This document shows, piece after piece, positions 38,701-52,232 of a stretch of 64,000 bases of DNA. The translations under genes and the position numbers were made by a program. The number at the start of each line of letters is the position of its first letter. Within the stretch, counting starts at the first letter, position 1. A model generated the notes under the pieces. The model saw only the letters and a program-made list of their open reading frames with translations. It made no database searches and was not told the DNA's origin. Origin of the DNA: Paramoeba atlantica (Eukaryota > Protista > Discosea); the NCBI GenBank assembly GCA_977017575.1, contig CDRNVI010000182.1, positions 62,001-126,000 on the forward strand. The letters run 5' to 3'.

Positions 38701-40483
38701 AATCAAAAACAAAGGGAAATATGTTTTTTTTTTTGTAAATAAATCAAATAGATTGTAAAATTGTGTAAAAAATACAATTTTATTTGTAACTTGTCTGAAA
38801 ATGAACTTTTAAACATCAAAAATTGAATAACAATTTTCTAAAAATGAAAATAATACAAATAGACATTGAAAAAGTGATTGGAAAATAATCAAAAACAAAG
38901 GGAAATATGTTTTTTTTTTTGTAAATAAGTCAAATAGATTGTAAAATTGTGTAAAAAATACAATTTTATTTGTAACTTGTCTGGTAACTAAATTTTAAAC
39001 ATCAAAAACTAAATAATAATTTTCTAAAAAATGAAAATAATACAAATATTGATTTATACATTGAAAAAAGTGATTGGGAAATAATCAAAAACAAAGGGAA
39101 ATATGTTTTTTTTTTTGTAAATAAATCAAATAGATTGTAAAATTGTGTAAAAAATACAATTTTATTTGTAACTTGTCTGAAAATGAACTTTTAAACATCA
39201 AAAATTGAATAACAATTTTCTAAAAATGAAAATAATACAAATAGACATTGAAAAAGTGATTGGAAAATAATCAAAAACAAAGGGAAATATGTTTTTTTTT
39301 TTGTAAATAAGTCAAATAGATTGTAAAATTGTGTAAAAAATACAATTTTATTTGTAACTTGTCTGGTAACTAAATTTTAAACATCAAAAACTAAATAATA
39401 ATTTTCTAAAAAATGAAAATAATACAAATATTGATTTATACATTGAAAAAAGTGATTGGGAAATAATCAAAAACAAAGGGAAATATGTTTTTTTTTTTGT
39501 AAATAAATCAAATAGATTGTAAAATTGTGTAAAAAATACAATTTTATTTGTAACTTGTCTGAAAATGAACTTTTAAACATCAAAAATTGAATAACAATTT
39601 TCTAAAAATGAAAATAATACAAATAGACATTGAAAAAGTGATTGGAAAATAATCAAAAACAAAGGGAAATATGTTTTTTTTTTTGTAAATAAGTCAAATA
39701 GATTGTAAAATTGTGTAAAAAATACAATTTTATTTGTAACTTGTCTGGTAACTAAATTTTAAACATCAAAAACTAAATAATAATTTTCTAAAAAATGAAA
39801 ATAATACAAATATTGATTTATACATTGAAAAAAGTGATTGGGAAATAATCAAAAACAAAGGGAAATATGTTTTTTTTTTTGTAAATAAATCAAATAGATT
39901 GTAAAATTGTGTAAAAAATACAATTTTATTTGTAACTTGTCTGAAAATGAACTTTTAAACATCAAAAATTGAATAACAATTTTCTAAAAATGAAAATAAT
40001 ACAAATAGACATTGAAAAAGTGATTGGAAAATAATCAAAAACAAAGGGAAATATGTTTTTTTTTTTGTAAATAAGTCAAATAGATTGTAAAATTGTGTAA
40101 AAAATACAATTTTATTTGTAACTTGTCTGGTAACTAAATTTTAAACATCAAAAACTAAATAATAATTTTCTAAAAAATGAAAATAATACAAATATTGATT
40201 TATACATTGAAAAAAGTGATTGGGAAATAATCAAAAACAAAGGGAAATATGTTTTTTTTTTTGTAAATAAATCAAATAGATTGTAAAATTGTGTAAAAAA
40301 TACAATTTTATTTGTAACTTGTCTGAAAATGAACTTTTAAACATCAAAAATTGAATAACAATTTTCTAAAAATGAAAATAATACAAATAGACATTGAAAA
40401 AGTGATTGGAAAATAATCAAAAACAAAGGGAAATATGTTTTTTTTTTTGTAAATAAGTCAAATAGATTGTAAAATTGTGTAAA
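32707..40483. repeat. Dimeric satellite: about 20.4 copies of a 382-bp unit made of related ~186- and ~196-bp monomers
   Basis: The gtctgaaaatg landmark at 33063 and 40321 is exactly 19 x 382 bp apart; alternating variants ctgaaaatgaac/ctggtaactaaa and aatagac/aatattgatttatac. Confidence 0.98.
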
Positions 40484-40919
40484 TGAACCTCTTTTTTAAG
40501 CCCAGGGTAAACATTTATTTTGTTAAACACTATAAAACTCCTCAATTTCTCATCTTAGAAAGTTGGAGAGTTTGTACACTTTCTAATATTCACCATCAAT
40601 CTTCACTTCTTTAGCTATCTTTCTAACCACTATAACCCCTTACAGTTTGGTCCACAGTCTTCAAAATTTAAAGGAATAACTTAAGTACAACCCCTCACAA
40701 TTTCTCTTTTAATAATATCTTCTCCATTCATTTTGGATGTACATTGAACTCAGAAAAACCTTTCTCCATGTAGTCACTTAGTAACCTTCACTCCTCCCCC
40801 CAAAGCTCCTTCTCACTATTAAATTCCTCTTCAATCTGTTGTTGTACCTTCTTGTTTCTTTAACAAATTTAACAAAATCAATCCATCTCTCTTTTACTTT
40901 CTTAACTCCCCCCAAGGCA

Positions 40920-42904
40920 GTTGAGTTGTACTACTTTCAAGCCTCAAACAGATCAATCACAGGAAGACTCAAAATGATTTACAAGACTCTTTTATAAAAA
41001 GGAAAACTCAAAAAGAAAACATATCTTTCTTCAAGAATAAGAATATTCAACAAACACTTACAAATAAAAACATTCAAAATAAGACAACTCCTCAGGTTCA
41101 AATCCCAAACAAACAAACATTCTTTCAAAACACTTCAGGTGACAACCCAATACCTCTCAAGTGTTTTCTCAACTGAGAAACACTTCATAACCAACAAAAC
41201 AATAAACAACTTAACACTTAACCAGGGATATAATAATCCTTCAGCTCCAAACAGTTGCCTCCCAACACTGACATCTCCAGTGAAAAAGATACTTCTTCCC
41301 ATCAACCACAAAAAAACCCCCACTATCCTCTTCTTCTTCTTCTTCTCTCTGTGAACAATCTCTTCTCATATGTCCCTTTTCTCCACATTCAAAACACACA
41401 GCAGATGGTGGTCAATCCTGGTAAGGTTTCAGTTGGTCCTTCACCACCAAATATCAATGCCATCCTTCTGCATTCTGCACCCACTTTGTCACAACATTCC
41501 ACATAACACATTCATTCTCAACAAACTCTTCTCTAAATTGCTCCTCCCACAGAACTCAATAAACTTTTAAAACAGGTTCATTCAACTTCATCTTCACTTC
41601 AACTGAATTCAAATCTATTTTCAAGTAATCAAGGTACATCACCAACCTCTCTGCAAAATCAAGAATTTTCTCATTTTCCATCTGTCTTACCATCTGCATT
41701 TCTTTCTGAACCTTACTCTTCCAGCTTGAGCCCAAGGTATTTCCTTCCAATACAAACAGAAGCAACTCTTGATAAAAAATATTCTTTAATCTTTGCAATT
41801 GTGGTTTCATTGGACCTTCCACTGCTGATCTCAAATACTGCATCCATAAAGAATCATCTGGCACTTGATTACCCATTGCTGCTTGAAAATCTCTCAGAAA
41901 CACCAACACATCACAGGCTTTTAGGTCCCATTTTGTGTTCAACTTTGGTATGTTGTCCACCTTTTTCAGTGTTTTTAACTCTGTCCCTCTTGTAGACTCA
42001 TCCAAAGTTATTCTTCAAACCTGTGAATTTAAATCATTAATTGTTGTTGACCTTTCAGCACTTTTAACTTCAGCACCAGCCAATGAACTCTGTTGATTTG
42101 AACCACAAGTTCCACCAACCCTTGTTGAATCCTCTGGACTTGGATGAAGAAACCTCACATCTGTTACCAATCAATCCCACTGATGGTTTGGTACAGTATT
42201 CTCACTTGGAAGGGGTTGCAAATCTCTCCCATAATGAGTCACAAAATCTTTCCTCCTTGGTTTAATGTAGTTGCCCTCCTCTTTTAATTTGGTAGCCCCT
42301 GACCTCCTCTGTCCTTGCTCCCCAAAGTTCTGCTGCTCCTCACATTGCCTTGAAATACTCAACTTTAATCATTTCAAATTCCTCTCAAGTTTGTCAAACT
42401 CCTCAGTGAAAGCCTCATCAGTTAGGATTAAATTTGTTAATTCATCTAACTGATGCTCAATTTCATCTCTTTTCAACAACCAACTCTCAAGCATTTGATC
42501 CACAGAAGGAAAATTTGGAGATCTTGCCCCTTCACCCAAACCCTCATCTTCCTCTGATTTGCTACTGTCACTTCCACTCTCAAGATCCCTAAGTAGCTTC
42601 TTGTTCCGCTCCACCCCCCTTTTCTCCCTCTTGTAACCATCTGGTGGTTGCATCTGCTCCCCCAGTCTTGTTCTCTCCTGATACTGCTGAATCATTAATG
42701 CTGAAAGTGAATACATTTCAAGAAAGCCAAAAAAAAACAGAATTTCAACCAGTGAAAACCAAAAAAAGTTGAGTTGTACTACTTTCAAGCCTCAAACAGA
42801 TCAATCACAGGAAGACTCAAGATGGTTTTATGAAGACAACCCCTCAGGTTCAAATCCCAAACAAACAAACATTCTTTCAAAACACTTCAGGTGACAACCC
42901 AATA
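40920..42904 (-). mobile_element. Gag-only retroelement relic between direct repeats (40920-41152 and 42768-42904)
   Basis: Gag-like ORF 41556-42005 (QMENEKILDFAERL), zinc knuckle CFECGEKGHMRRDC at 41355-41396, and a ~135-bp repeat on both sides (left copy has a ~100-bp insert). Confidence 0.7.
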
Positions 42905-44076
42905 AGGACAAATCCAAGAAACTTTCTCCCAAAGAACCCAATAAGTCTTATGTTAGCCCCCTTTCCTGGTTCCTTACCACCCTTTGATAACAAGGAATTT
43001 TCTTGCCCCAAGTTCAACACAACCAAATGATTAAAGGTATTTCTCAATTTCCAACAATTTAACAATTGCACCAATTCCTATCATTTTTTTCCCTCAAGAT
43101 GTTGTTTTCATGCAAGAGACCTTTTCATTTGAACTCTGAAGCTTGGTTGAGTTTAACAATGCTTTCCAGGCACAAAAAAGGCTTGCTTCATTTAAGAAAT
43201 TTTCACAACAAAAAAAAAACAAGACACCACATAAAAAAAGAAAAAGAAAAAAAGAAAAAGAAAATGGAAACAAAAATAAAAAATAATATCTCCAAGAGCA
43301 GACCAGCTGATATAATCATAACAACAATAAATAACAAGAATAATAACCAATAATCAATAACAACAACTACAATAATAACATCCCCAACAATAACTACAAT
43401 AATTAATAGACACAAGAATCAAACAAAACAACAGCACCACAGCAATACTTCAAACAGACTCTTTTCCAACAAACATTTCAGAAGTGAAATCATTCCAAAC
43501 AGTTTTAAACAATATGTTCTTTATACACCACCAAACCAAACAACCAACAACCAAAAAAACCTATAATAAAGAAAGAAACAACAATCCATAAAAACAACTC
43601 AGAATTCTCTCAGTTTTTAATTAATTCTCCTAACAAACAAACAACAAACTCATCCCAACCAACCAACAAAAGAAAAAACCAAAAAATAAAAAACAATACA
43701 AAACACAAACAAAAACACACCAAACATAAAAAAAAAATAACGAAAACAAAACCTTCTTTGAAGAAAAAAGAATATGTTCCATACAAGCTCCCAACAAACA
43801 TAAGCAAGAAAAACAGTCCAAAAAACTCACAATTCAATCTCTCACTGAAGGAAGGGAGTGTCTTTTTTTTTTTGAATTTCATTCAAGAATGTAAAAAACA
43901 GTGGCAAAATTCCTTGTAATATATTATAAGTGATCTAGAAAAGAGAAAAAGGAAAGAGAGTGAGGAACCAAAGGAAAAACCTAACTCTTGAATTTTCTGA
44001 ATTAACCCTCTGGTTCTCTGGTACAAAAGGAGAGAAGTAACCCACCACCCATCACCCCTTGAATTGATCTTTTTAT

Positions 44077-44126
44077 TTCATTCTCTCTGGGTACTAATTT
44101 GAAAATTCGAACACAGAGAATATGAA
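44077..44126 (-). other. Conserved hairpin element, copy 5 (inverted)
   Basis: Minus strand reads ttcatattctctgtgttcgaattttcaaattagtacccagagagaatgaa. Confidence 0.75.
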
Positions 44127-44774
44127 TTTTCTTTTGCTGAATTTTCTTCTGTTGAATTTTCTTCTGTTGAATTTTCTTCTGCTGAATTAAAAGAGAGAAT
44201 CTCAAAAAATCTCCCCTAAAGAGAAAAAAAAAAAGATAGAGCACCTCACTTAGAGAAAAAGAAAAAAATATAAAAAAAAGAAAACACAAAACAGGAAAAG
44301 AAAAAAGAAAGAAAAAAGAAAGAAAAAGAAAGAAAGAAAAAAGAAACTGCAAAACCTCGACTTGACTCTCTTCAAAAATAACATATGAACCCAATAATGA
44401 CAGCATACCTATGAAAGAGAGAAAAAGAGAAAAGGGAAAAAGAAAGAAAAGATAGAGAAAGGGGGGGAAAGGGAGAAAAAAGAGAGAGAAAAAGAGGAGA
44501 GGAGAGAACGAAACAGAAAACAAAAAAACTGGGAATTTTTTTAGCCCCAAAAAAATTGGAGTTCTTTTTTTGCCTTCGTTTTTTTTTGTTTTTCTTTTCT
44601 CTTTTCTTTCCTAGAGAGGATGAAAACTTACCTCATAAAAAGAAAAGATGAAAAACTAACAAAGAAAAGAAGAGGAAAGTGAATAAAAAGAGGAACAAGA
44701 AGAAAAGAAAGAAGAAAAAGAATAGAAATAAACTTTTTCTTGATAAAAACAATTGAATGAGATTTTGTTATTTA

Positions 44775-45734
44775 TTATTTCCGTCTTCTCTCCTTTGGAG
44801 GAGAATTGAAAAACTTCTTTTTTGAGCCATATGAGCGAGAAGAGTATCTCCGACAACCATCTTTTCCTTTTCTCTTATTCATAAACATTTTGTCTTTCTC
44901 TTCTTCTTCTTTTGGTTCAGTCGCCAACCTCTCTGTGATTTCTTCCAAATGCTTCTTGAGAATAATTTCTGTTTCCATCATCTTTTTTGACTTCTTTTCT
45001 TTCACTTCAAGATTACAAAGTCTTCTTTCGATGTTTCGTCGTTGGTTTTGAAGCTTTCTCGATTGCCCAAATGATCTTGGTTTACCATAATCTCTCTCTT
45101 CCTCCTCTTCCTCTTCTTCCTCAGACAATTGGATTTCTTCGATCCCCTCTTTCTCTTGTTTGTTGTCAACAATGTCGTCCTCTTGACTTTTCAAATCAAC
45201 AAGATTCTCTCGAACTTGAGTTTTGTTTTCAGTCAACTGTTCCTTTCTTTGTTGAAGAGCCACAATCTTTTCTTCAAGAACATCAATCTGATCTGCCAGT
45301 TTCTCATCACGTTTACTGAGCATTTCAATCTTCTTCTCTCTCTTCTGTTGTTCCTTGAGTCTTTTCTGAGGGTTCTCAGAAATCTCATCCCCCACTTTCT
45401 CTTCATCATCAGCCACTCGATTTTCAACCTCTTGGATCTCATTTTCGATTTTTTCTTTGACTTGACTCTCCACTGCTTTTGCTGTCTTGTTCTTTTTTGG
45501 GAGGACAAACAAAGCGTCTTCCAAGTCTCGATCACGTTTCACAAAGACAACATCACACTCATCATCAAGATAGAACACTCTTGAAGTTCCGTACACATCC
45601 TGGATCTTCCTTCGCAGACTTTGAAAATCTTGAGCTTGAATAGAACACACTTCTCCATTCTCAGTGTTTCGAACTTCCCACCACTGTTCTTCTCCTTCGA
45701 CAATAATTGACATCAATTGAACTCTCATCACCAT
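44775..45734 (-). CDS. PB1-like + coiled-coil protein, paralogue 2
   Basis: Intact 319-aa ORF, close paralogue of 24887-25915 with a different C-terminal tail. Confidence 0.75.
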   Translation of the reverse strand: MVMRVQLMSIIVEGEEQWWEVRNTENGEVCSIQAQDFQSLRRKIQDVYGTSRVFYLDDECDVVFVKRDRDLEDALFVLPKKNKTAKAVESQVKEKIENEIQEVENRVADDEEKVGDEISENPQKRLKEQQKREKKIEMLSKRDEKLADQIDVLEEKIVALQQRKEQLTENKTQVRENLVDLKSQEDDIVDNKQEKEGIEEIQLSEEEEEEEEERDYGKPRSFGQSRKLQNQRRNIERRLCNLEVKEKKSKKMMETEIILKKHLEEITERLATEPKEEEEKDKMFMNKRKGKDGCRRYSSRSYGSKKKFFNSPPKERRRK

Positions 45735-47849
45735 ATTGAATTGTTGTTGTTTTTCTGTTTCAAGTTATCCAGAAAAAGAAATGTTTTGAATTAAAAACAA
45801 AACCTGAGGGTGGCTGATTGTGTTTGTTGTCGTTCATGAGGGGTGTGGCGAGAAGGAACACCAATCACACAAACAAACAAAAAAAAAGAAATCACCGAAA
45901 GAACAACCAACAAAAAAAAAAAAGGAGTGCCCCAGCGGTTTTGAACCGCTTTTTTTCAGTGAAACCCAATTTTTTTTGTTTTGCGTTTTTTGGAAGGAAG
46001 AGAGAAGAGAAGAGAAGAGAAGAGAAGAGGAGAGGAGAGGAGAGGAGAGGAGAGAGGAGAGAGGAGAGAGGAGAGAGGAGAGGGGAGAGAGGAGAGGAGA
46101 GAGAGGAGAGAAGAGAGGAGAGAAGAGAAGAGAGAAGAGAGAAGAGAGAAGAGAGAAGAGAGAAGGGAGAAGAGAGAAGGGAGAAGAGAGAAGAGAGAAG
46201 AGAGAAGAGAAGAGAAGATATCAGCTTGGAGAGAGTAGCAACAACACATGCGCCGGAGCACCTGAAATCCAGGATACCCTTTTGACCAACTCATTTGAGC
46301 TTCTCTTTCCCACCCTCCCTCAACTCTCTGTCCCTCCTTCTTGCTGTTCTCAGAAAAAGTTTTCTCTTCTCCTCTTCCTTTCTCTTTCCTCTTTTTCTTT
46401 CCTTTTTCTTTCCTCTTCTTTTTCTTTCCTCTTTTTCTTTCCTCCTCTTTTTCTTTCTTTCCTCTTCTTTTTCTTTCTTTTTCTTTTTTTTGGCTTTTGC
46501 TCTTTTCTTTCCTTTTTTTTTTTTCTCATTCTTTCTCTTCCCTCTTTCCCTTTCTTTCTTTCTTTTCTCTTTCCTCTTTTTAAAATGGGAAATACAAAAA
46601 AAAGAATAAAAGCTTTCTCCTCCTTCACATTCTTTGTCATAAGATATATAGATGGTTGTTGTATCGATTTTATAGAGTATAAAAAGAAAAGAAAGAAAAG
46701 AAAGAATGAGAGGAAAAACAAAGGAAGAAAGGGAAAAAAGGTGAAGAGAGGGGAAATGATATGAAAAGAAAAGAAAAAAAGAGAAAAGAAAGAGAAGGAA
46801 AAAGGAGAAGGAGAAAAAAATAAAGAGGGAGATCTATGGTTCTTGGATGAGAAGAAAAACTGAAAAAAAAACCAAAAGAGAACAAAAGAAAGAAAAGAAA
46901 AGAAAAGAAAAGAAAGAAAAAGAGAAAAGAAAGAAAAAGAGAAAAGAGAAAAGAGAGAAGAGAAAAGAGAAATAAAAAGAGAAATAAAAAGAAATAAAAA
47001 GAGAAAAAAAGAAGAGAAAAAGAGAAAAAGAAAAGAAAGAGAAATAAAGAAATAAAAGAGAAATAAAGAAAGAGAAACAAAGAGGTGCAGTGGGGAGACA
47101 ATCAATACAGAGTTTGGTTTCTTCTTTTTTTCTTCTTTTTTTCTTTTTTTTTTCTTTTTTTTTTCTTTTTTTTTCTTTTTTTTTCTTTTTTTTTTCTCTT
47201 TTCTCTCTTTTCTCTCTTTTTTCTTCTTTTTTTCTCTTTTTTTCATATTTTTCTTTTTTCTCTTTCTTTTTTCCCTTTTTTTTTCTCTTTTTTTTTTTAC
47301 TTTTTCTCTCTTTTATTTCTCTTTTTATTCCTCCTTTTTTCTTTTTTTTCTTTTTTTTCTCTTTTTTTCATTTTTCTTTTCATTTCTCTTTTCATTTCTC
47401 TTTTCATTTCTCTTTTCATTTCTTTTTTTCTTTTTTTTTCTTTTTTTTCTCTTTCTTTCTTTTTTCTCTTTCTTTCTCTTTTCTCTTTCTTTCTCTTTTT
47501 TCTTTTTCTATTTCCCTTTCTACTTCTCTTTTTATTTCTCTTTTTTATTTCTCTTTTTTCTCTCTTTTTTCCCCTCTTTTTTTCTTTTTTTTCCTTTTTC
47601 TCTTTTCTCTTTTTTTTTCCTTTTTTTTCTCTTTTTTTTTCTCTTTTTTTTTTCTCTTTTTTTCTCTTTTTTTCTCTTTTTCTCTTTTTTTTTCTCTCTT
47701 TTTTTTCCTCTTTTTTCTCTTTTTTCTTTCTTTTTCTTTCTCTTTTATTTTTTATTTCTCTTTTTTTCTCTTTTTTCTTTTTTTCTCTTTACTTCTCTTT
47801 TTATTCACTCTTTTCTTTTTCTCTTTCTAATTATTTACATTGATTGTAC

Positions 47850-50800
47850 AAAGGGTATTGTCCTAGCACCCATGGCTCAAGGCTAAAGAAAATGCTCTAA
47901 TTCAATATGTCTGTTCAACTTTTCTACCGCTTTCTAAATAAAACTTCTTGTCCTCTGTCACATCTCTACCTCTCTTTTTGTTTTTTTATGTGCTTGAAAG
48001 TACTCGAGTGGGAACATCACCTCTGAGTGTTTATTCCAAAAGAAACAGTCAACAAAACAACACAGCCAAACAACAAAAACCATACTCAAATCCAAAAACA
48101 AAAACCAAAAACCAAAAACCAAAAACAGAGAAACCAGGAAGGAAAACAGAAACGAAGGAAGAAATCCAAAGCACCCCAGCTAGATGGAAGAGAGAACAAA
48201 AGAGAGATCCAAAGCAAGACAAAAAGGGGAAGGAAAGGACAAAGAGGGAAGCAAGAAGGAACAAAAGCCACACAAAGGCAAGGCAGATGCTCGAAGGTGA
48301 GGGAGCCACACCATCTTTGATCTCTTTCGGAGAGCTGCTGGATGAAGCCCTTGTGTGATGGGTTCCTCAGGAAATTCAACATCACGTATAATTTCATTGA
48401 GTTTCGTTCCTTCCAAGTTCCAAGAACTTGCAAAACTTCATTTGGATAATAAACTGAGATCCAGCCCTCCACCCAAGTGCCAATCAGCCCACAAGAGAAT
48501 CCAATCCTTACCCAAACACTTCTTCTGCTATCGCATGGTACATCATAAATGACACCAAAACTGTTGAAAAAATATCATTATATTTAATCTTAAGGAGAGA
48601 ACTAACCCTCAACATCAGCTTACAAACATCTACCCAAATATCTTGATGAGGCTCTTTGATAGAACTGGAAAGCTGAAATCCACTTTGCCTGCCAAGGTTC
48701 ATTGATCTGAAGGGGTCAGGGATGCCAGAGATGATCAACAGCCCTTGACCATTGTCAGAATGTGGAAAAATATTTCAAGTTATGTTGTGAACATGGTTTT
48801 GGTGACCTGTAAAACTTTTGTGTATCCTCGAAAAATATCTTCCATATGCGCTGAATTGGGCCAGAACCCTTCTTGTTATGCTTTTAGAAAGCACTGTGTC
48901 CCCAAACTTCTCAAGAGCCAGCTCTGCAATAAAAATCAACCATCCCAAAACAAATACCATCACTTACTATCTTCTCATTGAAGGGATCAGGAAAGCCAGA
49001 GATGGCATAGCGCTTTCTAAAAGCAGAACAGAAGGATTCTGGCAATTGTTTTCTCAATTCAGCACATATGGAAGATGTATTTTTCAAGGACGCTCGCGTT
49101 GTACAGGTCACTAAAACCATGTTTGCTACAGAACTTGAAGTATTTTTCATATTTTGACAATAGTCAAGGACTGTTGGTTCCTAAGCTTCTCAAGAGCCAA
49201 TTTCTTTCTCCAAACAGGCGGAGTTTGACGACAGGTGGCTGCTAAAGTCACCCAGAGAAGCCAAAAAGAAAACTCTCTCTCAGTTACACAAATTCAAATA
49301 ATGAACTTGCAGAGTGAAAAACAGATCCAAACAAATTCCAGCCAAAACCAATTGTTTTCTTAAGAGCATACAATTCCACACATCTCTGTGAATGACAGAG
49401 CTTCTCTGGAAAATTTGATGACCTCTCCATTCAACAGAAGCCATTCTACCATACAATACCATATCTGCCAAACAAATTTTAATAATTAGTAAAAATAAAT
49501 AAACCTCTTGATATTGTTAGAACCTCTGAAGCATCGAATATTCCAGTGAGGATTCCAGGGAATACAGGAATGTATCAAAGCAGAAACCAGATCAGAAAAA
49601 ATAACTTCTGTAGTGACCTCCAACTTGACAGCAAACCACAGTGGCATCTCCTCAAAAAAGAGAAGCACAATCCTGTTGTTAACCCAATGTAGGAAATAGA
49701 TCCAATCATCTCTCAAAAATACAACACTTTGTTATCCCCACAATAAACTCTTCCTCCAGGAATTTATTCACATGTTGGAGATACATTTCCTCTGCACATT
49801 TGTCATCGACAGCTGCATAGACAAAATCATCAATGTAAAATACTGAACAAAAGTCAACCTCCTCATGGTCCCTCTTGCGTAGTTCCAATAAAAAAGCATT
49901 GTTATCCTTCTCATGACTGAATCTTGAATCCCCAGAGGGGTTTGCAGGCTGAGCAAGTGTGATATGACCGGAGAAAAGGTTGAGCCAAATACAAGCCAAT
50001 GTGCTTCAACATTCACCATTTCTCTTCACCCATTGATAGATTGTTGGTGTTACCAAACTCATTAGGTCTGGAATAACAAATGAGTGAGAAGAGATTTGAT
50101 ACATCAAAAAAAAAGAAGAAAACATCCTGATTACCATTAAAAATGTATTTCTTTTCCTCTGGGGAGAATAAACAAAACGATTTTGGTTTTATCCCCAAAC
50201 ACCCAGGTTTGCCAAAGCTCATTCTAACATGTTATCAACTACATCAGAGTGTCCATACAAATCAAAGTAGACTCCTCGAATATCATCATTGTATCACTTT
50301 CAACACCCTCTTTTCACCATTGTCACTCTCTTCATCCTCTCCAAACACATCCCCTCACAACCCAAACTTTGAAAACAGTCACCTGGAACCCAGGTGCTAT
50401 TCCTACCCCAATCTCCATTCCTTTACACCCTGGTCTCTCCCACGATCACCAAACATTACCAGAGTCATAATTTCGGTCCATTCCCCATGATAATTCCGAT
50501 CACTCCAACGATCTTTATATCCATCACCCACAGTCATAACAATGGTCACTACCACAAACAAAATCACGTTCACAATCTTGGTAACAAGCTGAGTCATAAC
50601 CTTTGTCTCTCTCAACCCCATCAACTCTCTTTTGAGTAACTTCCTCTTCTGAAGAAAAATTCTCTTGGGCACTTTCGAAATATTGCCATAAGCTCTTAGA
50701 TCTATCACCACATACGAGCACTTCTTCTCTGAATTTGAACAGAAAGACATCGCAGCGAACCACACATATATTTGCACCACAAAAGACTTTGCAGCTCTTT

Positions 50801-51230
50801 GGTCTGTTGTAGTGGGGGGAACCACACTCACAATGAAGACACAGGAAAAAGGAGAGAAAAAGGAAAGAAACTAAACTCTGAACCAAAACCTTTATGGGAA
50901 TGACCCCAGCCAACACAAAACAGAACAAGAAAGCAAACAACAAAGAAAAGAAGGGAAAAAGGGAAAACACAAAACAAAGAGGAGAAGAGGAAGCACACAA
51001 CAAGAACCAAGCCAAAACAAAACCAGAGAAAACGGTGTGAAAACGAAATGCAAAAAAAAAACAAAGCACAGAAAGCAAATAAAAAGAGCACTAAAAATCT
51101 CGCGCACCAAACCGGCGCACAGGCTCTCATCAGGAAGGCCAAAACCCATGACAAAAGGCATCAGAGAAGATCTGGGAAGGCTCAGAGAAGCTCAGGAAAG
51201 CTCTAAAAGCTCTGGAAAGTACCACTAATG
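47850..51230 (-). mobile_element. DIRS-like (YR retrotransposon) relic, copy 1
   Basis: RT motifs WLVFGSTFSP and FYIDDF..KC (49706-50019), RNase H IFDASE and ELYALKKTI, YR motifs LMLRVSSLLKIKYNDI and VLGTWKERNSMKLY. Confidence 0.7.
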
Positions 51231-51599
51231 TGTTGGAGGCAGGTCTCACTCACTCCAACACTGTAATAGATCAGAGAGGTATATTTGGTATTGTTGCAAA
51301 AATAATCAATCACTTCAGTTCGGCCATCTGAATTTCCGATCCTGCATCCACAAGTTCATTTTGCATGATCTGACATCTTTAAAATAAATTAAAACCAGAG
51401 GAGAAGAAAGCAAAGAGGCAAGACAAGAAGTGGATGAGGGGGCAAAATGGGACACAGGAGATGGACAAAAAGCACATACATCATCAGAAGGAACGCAATA
51501 TCTCAAAAGATATCCTTGATAAAGGATCTGAGCACTTTCCGCACATAAAAAGCTCTCATGCCTCATCATGTATCACCATGGTCAAATTCATGTAAGCAT

Positions 51600-52232
51600 G
51601 GCATGGAAGACCAGCTTGTAGAATTAACAGGGGAACAGAAAAAATGGAGAAAGAGAATCAGGACTTGAGAAGGAAAATAGAAAAGAGAGACACATATGAG
51701 AATGGAAAGGATGAGAAAGTGAAATTTGATTTAGGAGAAATCTTCAATCCCATCAACAGAACAGAAGAAAACGATTCTCTAATACCAACTTTAGGAAATC
51801 CAAGGATCTCAGAGGTGAGGTGGATGTCATTGAATGAGGTTCAAGGAGATTTCAAAGAAAGTGACAAAGAAATATGAACCCAAGGCAGACCAGAGTAATT
51901 CATAATGCCAATCAGCTCAGCTGGCCAGAAGGCCAAAAATTTCCATGAATTGACAATGTTGATCAGGAAGAAGAGAAGATGGAAGAGGAAGATCAAGATA
52001 AACAAAGGAGGTTTGGAGTTGGCTCAAGAAACTCTACTTCAAAAGGGGAAGAGACCAAAACCAAGGATAATCAAGGGGATAATGATGCGAGAAGGAGGCT
52101 GGAGAAAGTACTCAAGAAGTATGTAAAGGAACAGGAGGAGTTAGGATTCACAGTGGAAGAGGAGACTTCACCAACAGTGGTATCTCTAGCCTTTGTTGTA
52201 CCAAAGAAAGAAAGAGGGAAATGGAGATTAAA
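51600..52232 (+). mobile_element. Truncated gag/RT N-terminal fragment of another retroelement
   Basis: EQEELGFTVEEETSPTVVSLAFVVPKKERGKWRL is the RT N-terminal motif; it is cut off where the duplicated A/G tract starts. Confidence 0.65.

Larger units (their letters stand above)
44775..51230. repeat. Segmental duplication paralogous to 56198-64000 (gene, upstream flank, DIRS relic)
   Basis: Shared blocks: ctcagaaaaagttttctcttct (46348/57786), aagaataaaagct (46602/60180), ggggagacaatcaatac (47092/60862) and the whole DIRS relic. Confidence 0.88.

Noticed and set aside
32707-40483. CRISPR-like regular array
   Set aside because: The units repeat entirely with no unique spacers, the locus is eukaryotic, and there are no cas genes.
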